Sequence record: NC_041972.1
DNA length: 64,000 nt
Reading direction: 5' to 3' (one strand)
In this document: one piece after another, positions 1-8,968 of the stretch
How positions within the stretch are numbered: the first letter of the stretch is position 1
Layout: each line of letters opens with the position of its first letter
Made by a program: the position numbers and the translations under genes
The notes under the pieces: generated by a model
What the model saw: only the letters and a program-made list of their open reading frames with translations
Told to the model about the DNA's origin: nothing
Databases searched by the model: none

Positions 1-996
1 ATGGCACATGATCATCAATTCAACGAAGCCTCAGACAGAGGGCTATTCGATTATGATGCTGACTGTAAAGTAAGTTACTTTATTAAGTCCGCACTCAAGA
101 CTCCGTTATTCATTCGACAGCGTACCGGATTGGATAATATCATCCCACCGAAGTTTTATGGTGGCGGGGTCATGGATCAGGTGGAAATCATGCTAGAGTT
201 TCAGATCAAGGAGCATGTATTTCTCGACATTAACAGTAAATCAATTGAGGAGCTACCACCCGAGTACGCCGTGATTGCCAAGGCAATTAATGTAATAAAA
301 GAAAAGCGTGTACGTGAACATGGCAACTATTATGTTGGTCGTGTTGTGTATACCTTTACCAGCGAATATTTCGAGCGCTGTAATGGTCAGTTCTATTTCT
401 CTGTGTTGGATATGGTCTTCTCCGTAAACAGCCCAGATGAGACAGACGAGCACCCGTATTGCATTAATGCGTTACAACAAACCATGGCCGCGAAATTAAA
501 GGACGATTATGCCGGCTTAGTGACCTATGCAGTTAAGCTGGTAGATTCGCAGACGCGACTAGGCCCAAAGTACATCAACATCGCTGGTGATGTCTTTGAA
601 GTCACACCCACCGAAGGGCAAGGGACCGAATCAGCTGACGGCCTCTATCTCATTGGTGATGCACCGATCCGCAGAGGGAAGAAAGAATCTACTGGGCGTA
701 CACGATTTACGCCACTCGACTCGATACTACAAAGCCCTGAGAAGTATGGATTATTTTCTACTATTGGGGAAGCAAAGCATCGGGGAGATAAACAGTTGGA
801 TGCGGCATTTAATGCATTAGACGCAGCTAACGCGAAGGAACGGAAAGCGCAGCAGAAGATCGCTCAGCTGGAGACTCAGCTGGAAGGGTTTAAAGCAAAA
901 GAGAAACAGGACAATGGACTGGTTCTCAACAAAGGGATAACGGAGCTCATCAAACTTATTACTGCCACTATAGGCATTGTTAAACTCTTGAGGTAA
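1..996 (+). CDS. Hypothetical protein (may be 5'-incomplete), C-terminal coiled coil and hydrophobic tail
   Basis: 331-aa ORF starting at base 1 and ending 4 nt before the RNAP subunit gene; no motif recognised. Confidence 0.75.
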   Translation: MAHDHQFNEASDRGLFDYDADCKVSYFIKSALKTPLFIRQRTGLDNIIPPKFYGGGVMDQVEIMLEFQIKEHVFLDINSKSIEELPPEYAVIAKAINVIKEKRVREHGNYYVGRVVYTFTSEYFERCNGQFYFSVLDMVFSVNSPDETDEHPYCINALQQTMAAKLKDDYAGLVTYAVKLVDSQTRLGPKYINIAGDVFEVTPTEGQGTESADGLYLIGDAPIRRGKKESTGRTRFTPLDSILQSPEKYGLFSTIGEAKHRGDKQLDAAFNALDAANAKERKAQQKIAQLETQLEGFKAKEKQDNGLVLNKGITELIKLITATIGIVKLLR

Positions 997-1000
997 CTCA

Positions 1001-2689
1001 ATGGACCCGTTGCTCGAAACAGCTATAAAAAATACCATACCAAAAATGAATCCAGATATCTCTAATGGATTTGTAAAGCGAGAGCTAGACAAAGCACTTG
1101 AATATCTCAACAACGTCTTTGCCAGCGCCTTTGGTAGTTTGGGTTCCAACATTAAGTACATCGGGTATCAGCGTTGTCGTCCCGATGAAGAGTACCGTTT
1201 CAGTTTAAAGCGTAATGGCGGGGCAACAGCTTCGAAGGCACGTTATGAGCTGGCCCGGTCTGATGTGTTTCTCACCAAGTTCAACTTCACGGTCGATGGA
1301 AAAGCAACCAAGCCACTGCTGCTCTATGTGCCGTACTGTGATGACACTGGACTAATGCACCTGCGTGGGACAGCACACACCATCTCGCCTGTCTTGGAAG
1401 ATCCAGGGATCTCTGTGACACGGGATGGTTGTTTCTTTCGCGTGACCTGTGACAAGATCGTGGTGAAACGTACTGGCCATACGGTCTGTCGTGATATCAT
1501 GGACATCACACAAAAGCGTAAGCGGGTGCAGAAGCACATCAACGTACCGTGGGCGAAGATCTACCGTGCTAAGCAACAGAAAGCGAACTCAGCGAAGACC
1601 GCACCGGTTACCTCGTTGCCGCACTATCTGTTTGCGAAGTATGGTGTCACGCACACCTTCAAGAAGTATGCCGGTATGGATGTGGTGTTCGGGACTGAGT
1701 TGGATATCACACCTCAGAACTATCCTGACAATGAGTGGACACGGTTCTATTCCGCTAAACAAACCCATCCTAACAACAAGCGTCCGTCCCAAGAGTGGGT
1801 GCCAACGGCTGCAGCGTTAGCTGTCAGAACCACCGCACCGTCTCAGTTGGTGGATATCTTGGTGGCAGGCTACTTCTATGTCGCTGATTGTTATACCCAT
1901 GAATTCAATCCGATTCACTCTGATGAGCCAGATCATTGGCGCCTGATGATGGGTAAGATGGTCTTTAACAAGACGGTCAAGTATGTGCAGATGACAGAAT
2001 ACCTGGCACCGCACTTTGCTTCACTTGATACGTACCTGGACGACATCGCCAAAGAGAACCTGGCCGAAGAAGGGGTGTTGTGTGAAGACGTGTATGAGCT
2101 GATGACTTACATCATTGCGAACCTGGATCACATGATCAACACCGTGAACCTGGCTAGCATGTACAACAAGAAACTCGTTGTATTGCCGTATGTGTTATCA
2201 CCGATCATTCACGGGATCTTCTATACCAAGTTTAACCTGATGCAACAATGCAAGAAGCGTGCTGTTGATACCACCACTGGTGAAGAGATCATGGTGTTCA
2301 CGGAAGACACGTTATTTGATGTTCTTGGACGTAACCTGAAGCCGGAAGCGATTAACAAAGTGAAAGGGCCAGACCATGGCATGATTAGCTCTGTTGCAGC
2401 CCCAGGCGACAATAAGATGTTTAAGATAAATAACAAGATTACACTACAGCAAAATGCAACACAATCAGGTGGGCGTCGTAATGAATCACCGATGACCGAT
2501 GATTCGAAAGGACTGGATGTCAGTATTGCAGACTGTGCATCGTATCTCCATATTACGAAACCCGATCCGACTGGCCGCTCTTTATTTAACCCCTTTAAGT
2601 TATTGGTACGTGATAAACTGCTTCCGTCCGTTAAATATGAAAAACTGTTTAGCGTAACGCAGGCGATTATCTATCGTCGCAATATTTAG
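1001..2689 (+). CDS. Phage non-virion RNA polymerase, beta-like N-terminal subunit (phiKZ gp123-like)
   Basis: 562 aa. HTISPVLEDPG segment and C-terminal SIADCASYLHITKPDPTGRSLFNPF match the recalled pattern of split beta subunits of phiKZ-like RNAPs (equivalent to bacterial beta GRICPIETPEG region). Size fits. Confidence 0.8.
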   Translation: MDPLLETAIKNTIPKMNPDISNGFVKRELDKALEYLNNVFASAFGSLGSNIKYIGYQRCRPDEEYRFSLKRNGGATASKARYELARSDVFLTKFNFTVDGKATKPLLLYVPYCDDTGLMHLRGTAHTISPVLEDPGISVTRDGCFFRVTCDKIVVKRTGHTVCRDIMDITQKRKRVQKHINVPWAKIYRAKQQKANSAKTAPVTSLPHYLFAKYGVTHTFKKYAGMDVVFGTELDITPQNYPDNEWTRFYSAKQTHPNNKRPSQEWVPTAAALAVRTTAPSQLVDILVAGYFYVADCYTHEFNPIHSDEPDHWRLMMGKMVFNKTVKYVQMTEYLAPHFASLDTYLDDIAKENLAEEGVLCEDVYELMTYIIANLDHMINTVNLASMYNKKLVVLPYVLSPIIHGIFYTKFNLMQQCKKRAVDTTTGEEIMVFTEDTLFDVLGRNLKPEAINKVKGPDHGMISSVAAPGDNKMFKINNKITLQQNATQSGGRRNESPMTDDSKGLDVSIADCASYLHITKPDPTGRSLFNPFKLLVRDKLLPSVKYEKLFSVTQAIIYRRNI

Positions 2690-2701
2690 TGAGCCTACAT
2701 C

Positions 2702-2878
2702 ATGAAACAGAACGCTGAGATCGATTCGTCTATTATTTCTACCGGTAATATCTTCCAGGCACAGAAGCCAGCCCCAGTTGGTCGTTGTGATCTGTCGGGT
2801 GAATCACAGAAACGCTCACAGAGCATGACAGAAGAAGATAAGGCGGCAGTAGCCAAACGTTTTGGTTTGACTAAATAA
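2702..2878 (+). CDS. Small hypothetical protein (58 aa, below ORF-track cutoff)
   Basis: ATG at 2702, open to TAA 2876-2878 (MKQNAEIDSS...KRFGLTK); fills the gap between two co-oriented genes; weak RBS. Confidence 0.45.
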   Translation: MKQNAEIDSSIISTGNIFQAQKPAPVGRCDLSGESQKRSQSMTEEDKAAVAKRFGLTK

Positions 2879-2925
2879 TTAACTTTTTGTAAGCAGATTG
2901 TTTTAGTCTGCAAAAGGAAACCGTT

Positions 2926-5415
2926 ATGAGCAATATGTACCCACCGCAGATGATGATGGCCCAAGGAGGGTTGTATCCTCAGCAAGGGATGTATCCGCAG
3001 CAACAGCAGCAGATGATGCAACCCCCGATGATGATGCAGCAACAAGCTCCACAAATCGATAAGCAAGCTTTAGCACAGGCTTTTGCAAAGTTTATCGATC
3101 AGGCGGCCACGCAGAACCAGAACCAGCTGACTGCCTATATCCACATGCGTTACACACAGAACCAGTATCAGAACCAGCAGTTCCAAACTGCGGTGAACAC
3201 GGTGCTGGCGATGTACATGTTGGCGCTGCAGACAGCCCCTGGTATGCCACCGCATCAACTGCAGGGTCAAGCGGTGGTTGATGCATACGAAATCCACGCC
3301 ATTCTGGAGTTGCAGCAGAACCCCCAGATGGTGCAGGCTTTGGCGCCGAATATCATTCAGGCGCTTGTGCAGAATATCCCGCGCTTACAGCAGCAGTTAA
3401 ATCAAAGCTTCCCGCAGCTGCAGTTGCAAGTACCACAGCTTAATGTTCCGGGTTATCAGCTGCAGAATACCATGCAGCCGCAGCAGCACATGTTGCCTGG
3501 TTATAATGCCATGATGCCACCGATGCAGGGTTATGCACCGGTACCGCAGCAGGGGATGTATCAGAACAGCATGATGCCTGGTCAGCCGTACAATGGTTAT
3601 AACGCGCAGACCAATGATAACCTTGGCATGAGCGATGCCCGTGCTCAGTTACCCGCACCGCCAGCCGATGGTAAGTATTACGGCCCGGCGAGCATCGGTA
3701 ACAACACCGACAACAAACCCGCCAATACCGTGCAGCCTATTGCGGTCGCGGGCTTTGAAGTCAGTGAAGCGCGTGTACCAATGCATGCGGTGGGTGTGTT
3801 GGAAGAGTACAGCACACCTAACCTGCAACAAGCGATGCAACAACAGCAAGACATGCCAATGCCGAGTAACATCGACTTTGACAGTGTGATGTCGCTGGAA
3901 GAGGAAGAGCACGAAGAACCGATGTTCAACATCCCGATGGCGGATGAAGAGCAACTGGTGCTGAATGCGGGTACAGATGCTGGCACGGATGACGAACCGT
4001 ATCAGAGTCCGTTCCCGTCATTCTCTCAGATCTTCGGTCAACCTGCCTCAGGTGCTAACATCAGTGCAGCAGCAGAAGCGGCGATGACACCACCTCCTGC
4101 TGAAGCGTTACTGTCTCAGCCGGTTGCAAACAAACCGACGGTGGTGGTAACCAAAGCTGCTGAAGTGTCACCAGACGGTCTGCCAGATGGCTGGATGTTC
4201 ACTGAGTCGCTGGAAGCCGGTGAGTTCCTGAAGCTGATCCGTGCTGCTAAACGCAATCGTAAGAATCCACTGCCGATTCATTACGACCGTACTTTCATGA
4301 CCCGCTTGTATCGCTATAACCAAGATGGTGCGATTGAGCAACGTATCGTAGGAGAAACCATGGACAGACTTCGTCACGACCTATCCTCACTGGACGAGGT
4401 AGATAACCAAGGGGCACGTGAGCAAGCAGCACTGTTCGCGCCACTGACCACTGCGACTATTGATGAAGTCAATAAGGTAGTGAAGGAAGCAGAGAAAGAC
4501 AGCGGGAAAGTGACTGAGAAGCTGAAAGAGAAAGACATCGTCGTTCTTAGCAAGCCAGTGACTGTATCGTGCCGTCAAGAAGCGGCTATCCTGGTGGCAG
4601 CCAAAGCTGGCGAGATTCAGAAACTCAACAGCAACAAACACGGTTATGAGTACTACTACCGTGAAGCGATGGTGCTGCAAACCACCAAGAACGTGGCAGC
4701 GTTGTTGGAGAACCCAACGGTTAAAGCGTTGTCTCAGCGTTCACAGGTGAACAACCTGGTTGAGCTGGCAGAAGCAATCCGTGCAGCGCGTGCAGAAGGT
4801 GCGTTAAGTCCACAGGCACTGACCAAGCTGACTGACCACATGATGGAAGTGTTTAACGACATGCTCACTCATGATTACGGTTATGCGGGCGAACTGGTGT
4901 TGACCGGTAGCGATGAAGACGGTAACAAAACCCAGCTGGAAGATGAGCTGATGGACTTCGTGGTCTACATGGACAGTAATGAAGATCATCGTGAAGTGCT
5001 CGATCTGATCCATAAGCGTTGGATTCCGCTGCGTGAGCGTCTGTGCATTATCTTAACGGATGGTGCCTTAACCTCCGCGCAACGTATCCTGGCCAAGCGT
5101 TACGGCTCCGACGATGACATGGATGCGATGGTTGATGCGACCAGTAACATGCTGATTGCAATGACCTCGGTTAGCGTAACCAACCTCAACAAAACCAGCC
5201 GTGAGCTGAAGCTTGATGACAAGGACCGTATCTTCGCTGTAAACGCGTCTGACAGCCCGTATCTGTACAGTGTGTTGAAAGGTATCACCGAGCGCACTAA
5301 ACAGCACACATCGCGTTACACGAAGCATCGCGTGGTAACTGCAGATGGTCGCTTCCTGAACTTCCGTCTCGGCGGATTAGGAGACGGCAGTGTCTTCATT
5401 GCCAACTTTGAGTAA
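2926..5415 (+). CDS. Large protein with Q/P/M-rich low-complexity N-terminus, acidic linker and globular C-terminal half
   Basis: 829-aa ORF, AAGGA RBS; polyQ/M/P tracts in the first ~240 aa. Confidence 0.85.
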   Translation: MSNMYPPQMMMAQGGLYPQQGMYPQQQQQMMQPPMMMQQQAPQIDKQALAQAFAKFIDQAATQNQNQLTAYIHMRYTQNQYQNQQFQTAVNTVLAMYMLALQTAPGMPPHQLQGQAVVDAYEIHAILELQQNPQMVQALAPNIIQALVQNIPRLQQQLNQSFPQLQLQVPQLNVPGYQLQNTMQPQQHMLPGYNAMMPPMQGYAPVPQQGMYQNSMMPGQPYNGYNAQTNDNLGMSDARAQLPAPPADGKYYGPASIGNNTDNKPANTVQPIAVAGFEVSEARVPMHAVGVLEEYSTPNLQQAMQQQQDMPMPSNIDFDSVMSLEEEEHEEPMFNIPMADEEQLVLNAGTDAGTDDEPYQSPFPSFSQIFGQPASGANISAAAEAAMTPPPAEALLSQPVANKPTVVVTKAAEVSPDGLPDGWMFTESLEAGEFLKLIRAAKRNRKNPLPIHYDRTFMTRLYRYNQDGAIEQRIVGETMDRLRHDLSSLDEVDNQGAREQAALFAPLTTATIDEVNKVVKEAEKDSGKVTEKLKEKDIVVLSKPVTVSCRQEAAILVAAKAGEIQKLNSNKHGYEYYYREAMVLQTTKNVAALLENPTVKALSQRSQVNNLVELAEAIRAARAEGALSPQALTKLTDHMMEVFNDMLTHDYGYAGELVLTGSDEDGNKTQLEDELMDFVVYMDSNEDHREVLDLIHKRWIPLRERLCIILTDGALTSAQRILAKRYGSDDDMDAMVDATSNMLIAMTSVSVTNLNKTSRELKLDDKDRIFAVNASDSPYLYSVLKGITERTKQHTSRYTKHRVVTADGRFLNFRLGGLGDGSVFIANFE

Positions 5416-5424
5416 CCCATAACA

Positions 5425-5452
5425 GGAGAGCTTCGGCTCTCCTTTATGCCGG
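5425..5452 (+). terminator. Hairpin + TTTATGCCGG element
   Basis: GGAGAGC-TTCG-GCTCTCC followed by TTTATGCCGG, 10 nt after a stop codon. Confidence 0.75.
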
Positions 5453-5687
5453 CCAGGTTTTCCACCCATCTCCTCTATCGGACAACAGATATAGATAGCG
5501 TCTGATCAACGTCATTGATTACACCTTATTCTACGACCCCAACGTAACCTGTCGACATTCATAAGGGAATGCCACACCGTTGTTTATGTCCGTTCTTATA
5601 AAAGAAGCGACCAAGCAAAAGACCAATAACCCGCAAGCCTTCTTTAAACTAAACCTGTTCTCTTTTCTTATTAATCTGGAGTGTTGT

Positions 5688-6020
5688 ATGGATTTCTCAT
5701 TTCTACTTGATCAAAACCCGTTGAGCTATTACAAAAACGAGTTACCGGCCTTAGTCCGTGAACTTAATCGCTCGATGGAAGATGATGCCCGTGTTTCCTG
5801 TGAAGACGCACTGAATGCGCTGGTGCATCTCTTTGCAACACCGGGTGAGCTCATCAGCCTTACTATTCAGCGCCACTGTAGCATCGCTGAGCAGAAGCTG
5901 CGTTATACGGCAAAGTTCATCAATGACACGGTGGTCACGGTCGAAGGACCTGAACCAATGGATCTGCGCTATGTGCTAGGGACTGCAGTATTTAACGCCA
6001 TTACCATTCCTATCAAATAA
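5688..6020 (+). CDS. Hypothetical protein (110 aa)
   Basis: ATG 5688 preceded by GGAG; track start at 5580 lacks an RBS. Confidence 0.65.
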   Translation: MDFSFLLDQNPLSYYKNELPALVRELNRSMEDDARVSCEDALNALVHLFATPGELISLTIQRHCSIAEQKLRYTAKFINDTVVTVEGPEPMDLRYVLGTAVFNAITIPIK

Positions 6021-6022
6021 AT

Positions 6023-6062
6023 CGGCATAAGAGGAGAGGCATTTGCCTCTCCTCTGTTATGC
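6023..6062. terminator. Bidirectional hairpin element between convergent genes
   Basis: CGGCATAA-GAGGAGAGGC-ATTT-GCCTCTCCTC-TGTTATGC followed by a T-run. Confidence 0.8.
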
Positions 6063-6080
6063 TACTTCTTTTTTTTTGGT

Positions 6081-8936
6081 TTAGAACGTGAACTTCGGGT
6101 TTTTCGAGTCGTCGTCGTTGAAGTCGTCATCCGTCGGATCTTCAAGACTCGGATCAACGGCATCATCATCCGGATTAGTGGTATCGTCCGGGTTCTGTGT
6201 GTCATCCGGGTTCTGCTCATCTACCGGAGGTTCGTCACCATCGGTCGGTGGTGTCGGCATGGCAAACGGGTCAGCTTCACCCTCATCCGGTGCAGCATTC
6301 GGATTAGCGGCGGTATCACCCAGCTGCTCATCTTCCTTCAGCTTATCGTATTTACTCTGCAGCTTCTCTTCGACTTTCTTCTTATCTTTCAGATACGTGA
6401 GAATGCCTTCCCAGACATTTTCATTGTAGCTGATGATTTCAGAAAGCAGGGCAGCGGTAGCGTTAGTGTCTTCACCCAGATCATTCAGGATTGCGTATTG
6501 CTGCGCATTACCGGAATCATCCATCCACTTACGCATGTACATTGCCACCAGAGACTGACGCCAGGTTTCCAGATCCTCTTCAGAGCCATCCAGGAACTTG
6601 CCCACCACGGCATCTGGGAAGCGGTCATTGATGACAGCCTCGGTGTGTTCACGACGTGTCTGGTAGGCACGGGTGATCTCTTCCAGGTCGGTGGTTTCAG
6701 GTTCAGGCAGGGTGACGATGATTGAGTTAATGAAGTTGGTCAGCAAACGGGCTGCAATCGCACCTTCATCCTTAGCAACATCCGGGTTATTGGCTTTGAA
6801 GTCCTCAAACATCTTCTTGCCTTTAGCAGAAGACGGGCTCCAGAGCTTCTTGTTGTTATGAATGATGTCGTACAGTTCATTCATCAAGTTACCGGACTTG
6901 GCAGTCAGTTTACGCACCAGGTCAGAGGCATGACCACACACCACACGCTGTGACACGGTGATCTCTTGCGAGTACAGCGCATCGTTGTTGATGTGTTCGA
7001 TGGCAAACTTAATGTCGTTCTGCGACGAGATGAGTTCAGGACGAATCCCCCACATCTGTGACAGGAACTCCATCAAGCGGTCATTCCACTCTGGATCAGG
7101 CGGAGTGATGTCACGCTTGCCGTGAGAGATATCTGCATCAATCGACGGGTAGTGATCGTTACCACTGGTCTTTACAATCACGCTGGCACTGTCGAGGATG
7201 TTACACACATCACGCGGGTTCTTGGCACCGATGATCGAGGAGAGACCCAGGGTGGAGTTCAAGTGCGTGGTGATCACATCTTCGATGGTGTTTTCTGGCT
7301 CTGGGTCATCCTCATCCAGCGGGATGTTCAGGGTGGTGATGTTCACCGAGTTCGCAACGTTAGCAAGCGTAGTCGCAATGATGTTGGTCATCGCCATGGA
7401 CGCATACAGACGTGAGCGGTCTAACAGAGAACGACCAATACCAAACCGGTTGTAGTCGAAAGCGAAGTAGGTCATCGCTTCTTCTGGCAGGTACAGGATA
7501 CGGGTCTGCAGGTTCCGGCACGTACGGGCAAACATGATACGCATGACTTCGTTGGTTAATCCCACGGTCATGGTCTGGCCATAGGTGCCATTAGCCAGGC
7601 GCTGCACCAGATCTTTCTCCACTTCTTCGACATACTTGTTGTAGAAGGCAGACGTATCAAAGGTACATTTATTACCCGACTTCATCTCCGCGGCCATGGC
7701 AATGATGCCTTTGGTGCTGTCGATGGCGCTGTTGGTATCCTGACGGTTCTTCATCTGATCTTGATAGAACTGATCATTCTGCGCCGTACGCACTGGGTTG
7801 CCGTGTTCATCCAACAGAACGAAGTAGCCAACGCGGTGTTTAAAGTCACCCGGGACGTGCACCGGGATCACACACTCTGAGGGCAGGTGCATCAGTAATG
7901 GCTGGCCAACGTTTTCTTTAGACAGCTCGTCGTCACGTCCAACCGTGATGTTATTGGTCGCTACGTAATCACGCTGTTTAAAGAGGTCGTTGTAGACATT
8001 GCTGTACTGCTCATCTGTTAACACCGGTGTCTGGGCAACTTTACTGTCTTTGTCCTTACCGCCTTTTGCTTTCGCCCCACCTTTATCTTCCAGTGCCTCC
8101 ATACCGGCACGGCGCAGACCTAACGGGATACGGTTCTTCTTCGACAGGTTGTGTCGCGCTAACGCCAGCTTAAAGCGCGGCAGACTTAACACCGCATCGT
8201 TATCGGTGATGGTCAGCCCCAACTCATTTTTATTATCACCATTCAGATGGTGCATGGTCATAATAGGCGTTTCGCCACTCATCAACGATTCGAGTGACGC
8301 GGTCATCAGCATATTAGAACTACCTGGGTTACCCAGATAGCCACGAGAGCGGAACTGTTGGGAGTGTGCGTCGTAGTCATCAGCAATCGCTTCCATACCA
8401 GAGCCACGGGTATAGCCGTTAATCACGTTATCCAGTGACGACTGGGAAAGCACTGCCCAGGCTGAGGAACCGGTCTTAAATAACATGTCCGGAACGATGT
8501 CAGCAAGTTTGTCAGTAATTTTATAGTTCTTTTCTATGTACTCCCGCACTGCGCTGATCAAAAGACTGTTAAGCTCTGTGTTCTTACCCTCATACGCTTC
8601 TGTGGTATAAGTCAGGGAGACCGTGCGTAAGTTACGCGGAGAGAGAATAGACGCCGTAAGGATCTTACACGCCTTTAAGGCTCCGGGTACACTTTCCATC
8701 AATTCGGTATTCGAGTCGATACTGGTACTGGTCAGTTTGGAGATGTTTTGGAGCATCCCTGCAGAAGGACCGCCATCCCGGTTGGAGCGCCCTGTACGTT
8801 TGGACGTATCCCGCGGTTTGTTGTCTTTCGGAACCAGTATGTCAATGATCGCTTTTGTCGCAGGATCTTTATTGAGTAAATTCAGTTTTGGCGTAGCAGC
8901 ACGGCTGTTACCTGCCAAGCGATTCGATTCGGCCAT
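6081..8936 (-). CDS. Probable portal protein (phiKZ gp129 / SPN3US gp81-like)
   Basis: 951 aa from ATG 8936 (GGAG RBS). Size, divergent position next to a structural gene, [SAG]-x-E motifs in the N-terminal third and core segments (LPSECVIPVHVPG, GYFVLLDEHGNP, YFAFDYNRFGIG) fit recalled phiKZ-like portals. Confidence 0.65.
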   Translation of the reverse strand: MAESNRLAGNSRAATPKLNLLNKDPATKAIIDILVPKDNKPRDTSKRTGRSNRDGGPSAGMLQNISKLTSTSIDSNTELMESVPGALKACKILTASILSPRNLRTVSLTYTTEAYEGKNTELNSLLISAVREYIEKNYKITDKLADIVPDMLFKTGSSAWAVLSQSSLDNVINGYTRGSGMEAIADDYDAHSQQFRSRGYLGNPGSSNMLMTASLESLMSGETPIMTMHHLNGDNKNELGLTITDNDAVLSLPRFKLALARHNLSKKNRIPLGLRRAGMEALEDKGGAKAKGGKDKDSKVAQTPVLTDEQYSNVYNDLFKQRDYVATNNITVGRDDELSKENVGQPLLMHLPSECVIPVHVPGDFKHRVGYFVLLDEHGNPVRTAQNDQFYQDQMKNRQDTNSAIDSTKGIIAMAAEMKSGNKCTFDTSAFYNKYVEEVEKDLVQRLANGTYGQTMTVGLTNEVMRIMFARTCRNLQTRILYLPEEAMTYFAFDYNRFGIGRSLLDRSRLYASMAMTNIIATTLANVANSVNITTLNIPLDEDDPEPENTIEDVITTHLNSTLGLSSIIGAKNPRDVCNILDSASVIVKTSGNDHYPSIDADISHGKRDITPPDPEWNDRLMEFLSQMWGIRPELISSQNDIKFAIEHINNDALYSQEITVSQRVVCGHASDLVRKLTAKSGNLMNELYDIIHNNKKLWSPSSAKGKKMFEDFKANNPDVAKDEGAIAARLLTNFINSIIVTLPEPETTDLEEITRAYQTRREHTEAVINDRFPDAVVGKFLDGSEEDLETWRQSLVAMYMRKWMDDSGNAQQYAILNDLGEDTNATAALLSEIISYNENVWEGILTYLKDKKKVEEKLQSKYDKLKEDEQLGDTAANPNAAPDEGEADPFAMPTPPTDGDEPPVDEQNPDDTQNPDDTTNPDDDAVDPSLEDPTDDDFNDDDSKNPKFTF

Positions 8937-8968
8937 TTTAAAGAGGCTCCTTGCAGTGGGAGAATAGC

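Noticed and set aside
6088-6429. Ser/Gly-rich + strand ORF (and the many other short antisense ORFs in the track)
   Set aside because: Shadow of the portal's acidic tail; no RBS; antisense ORFs nested in long genes were treated as non-coding.
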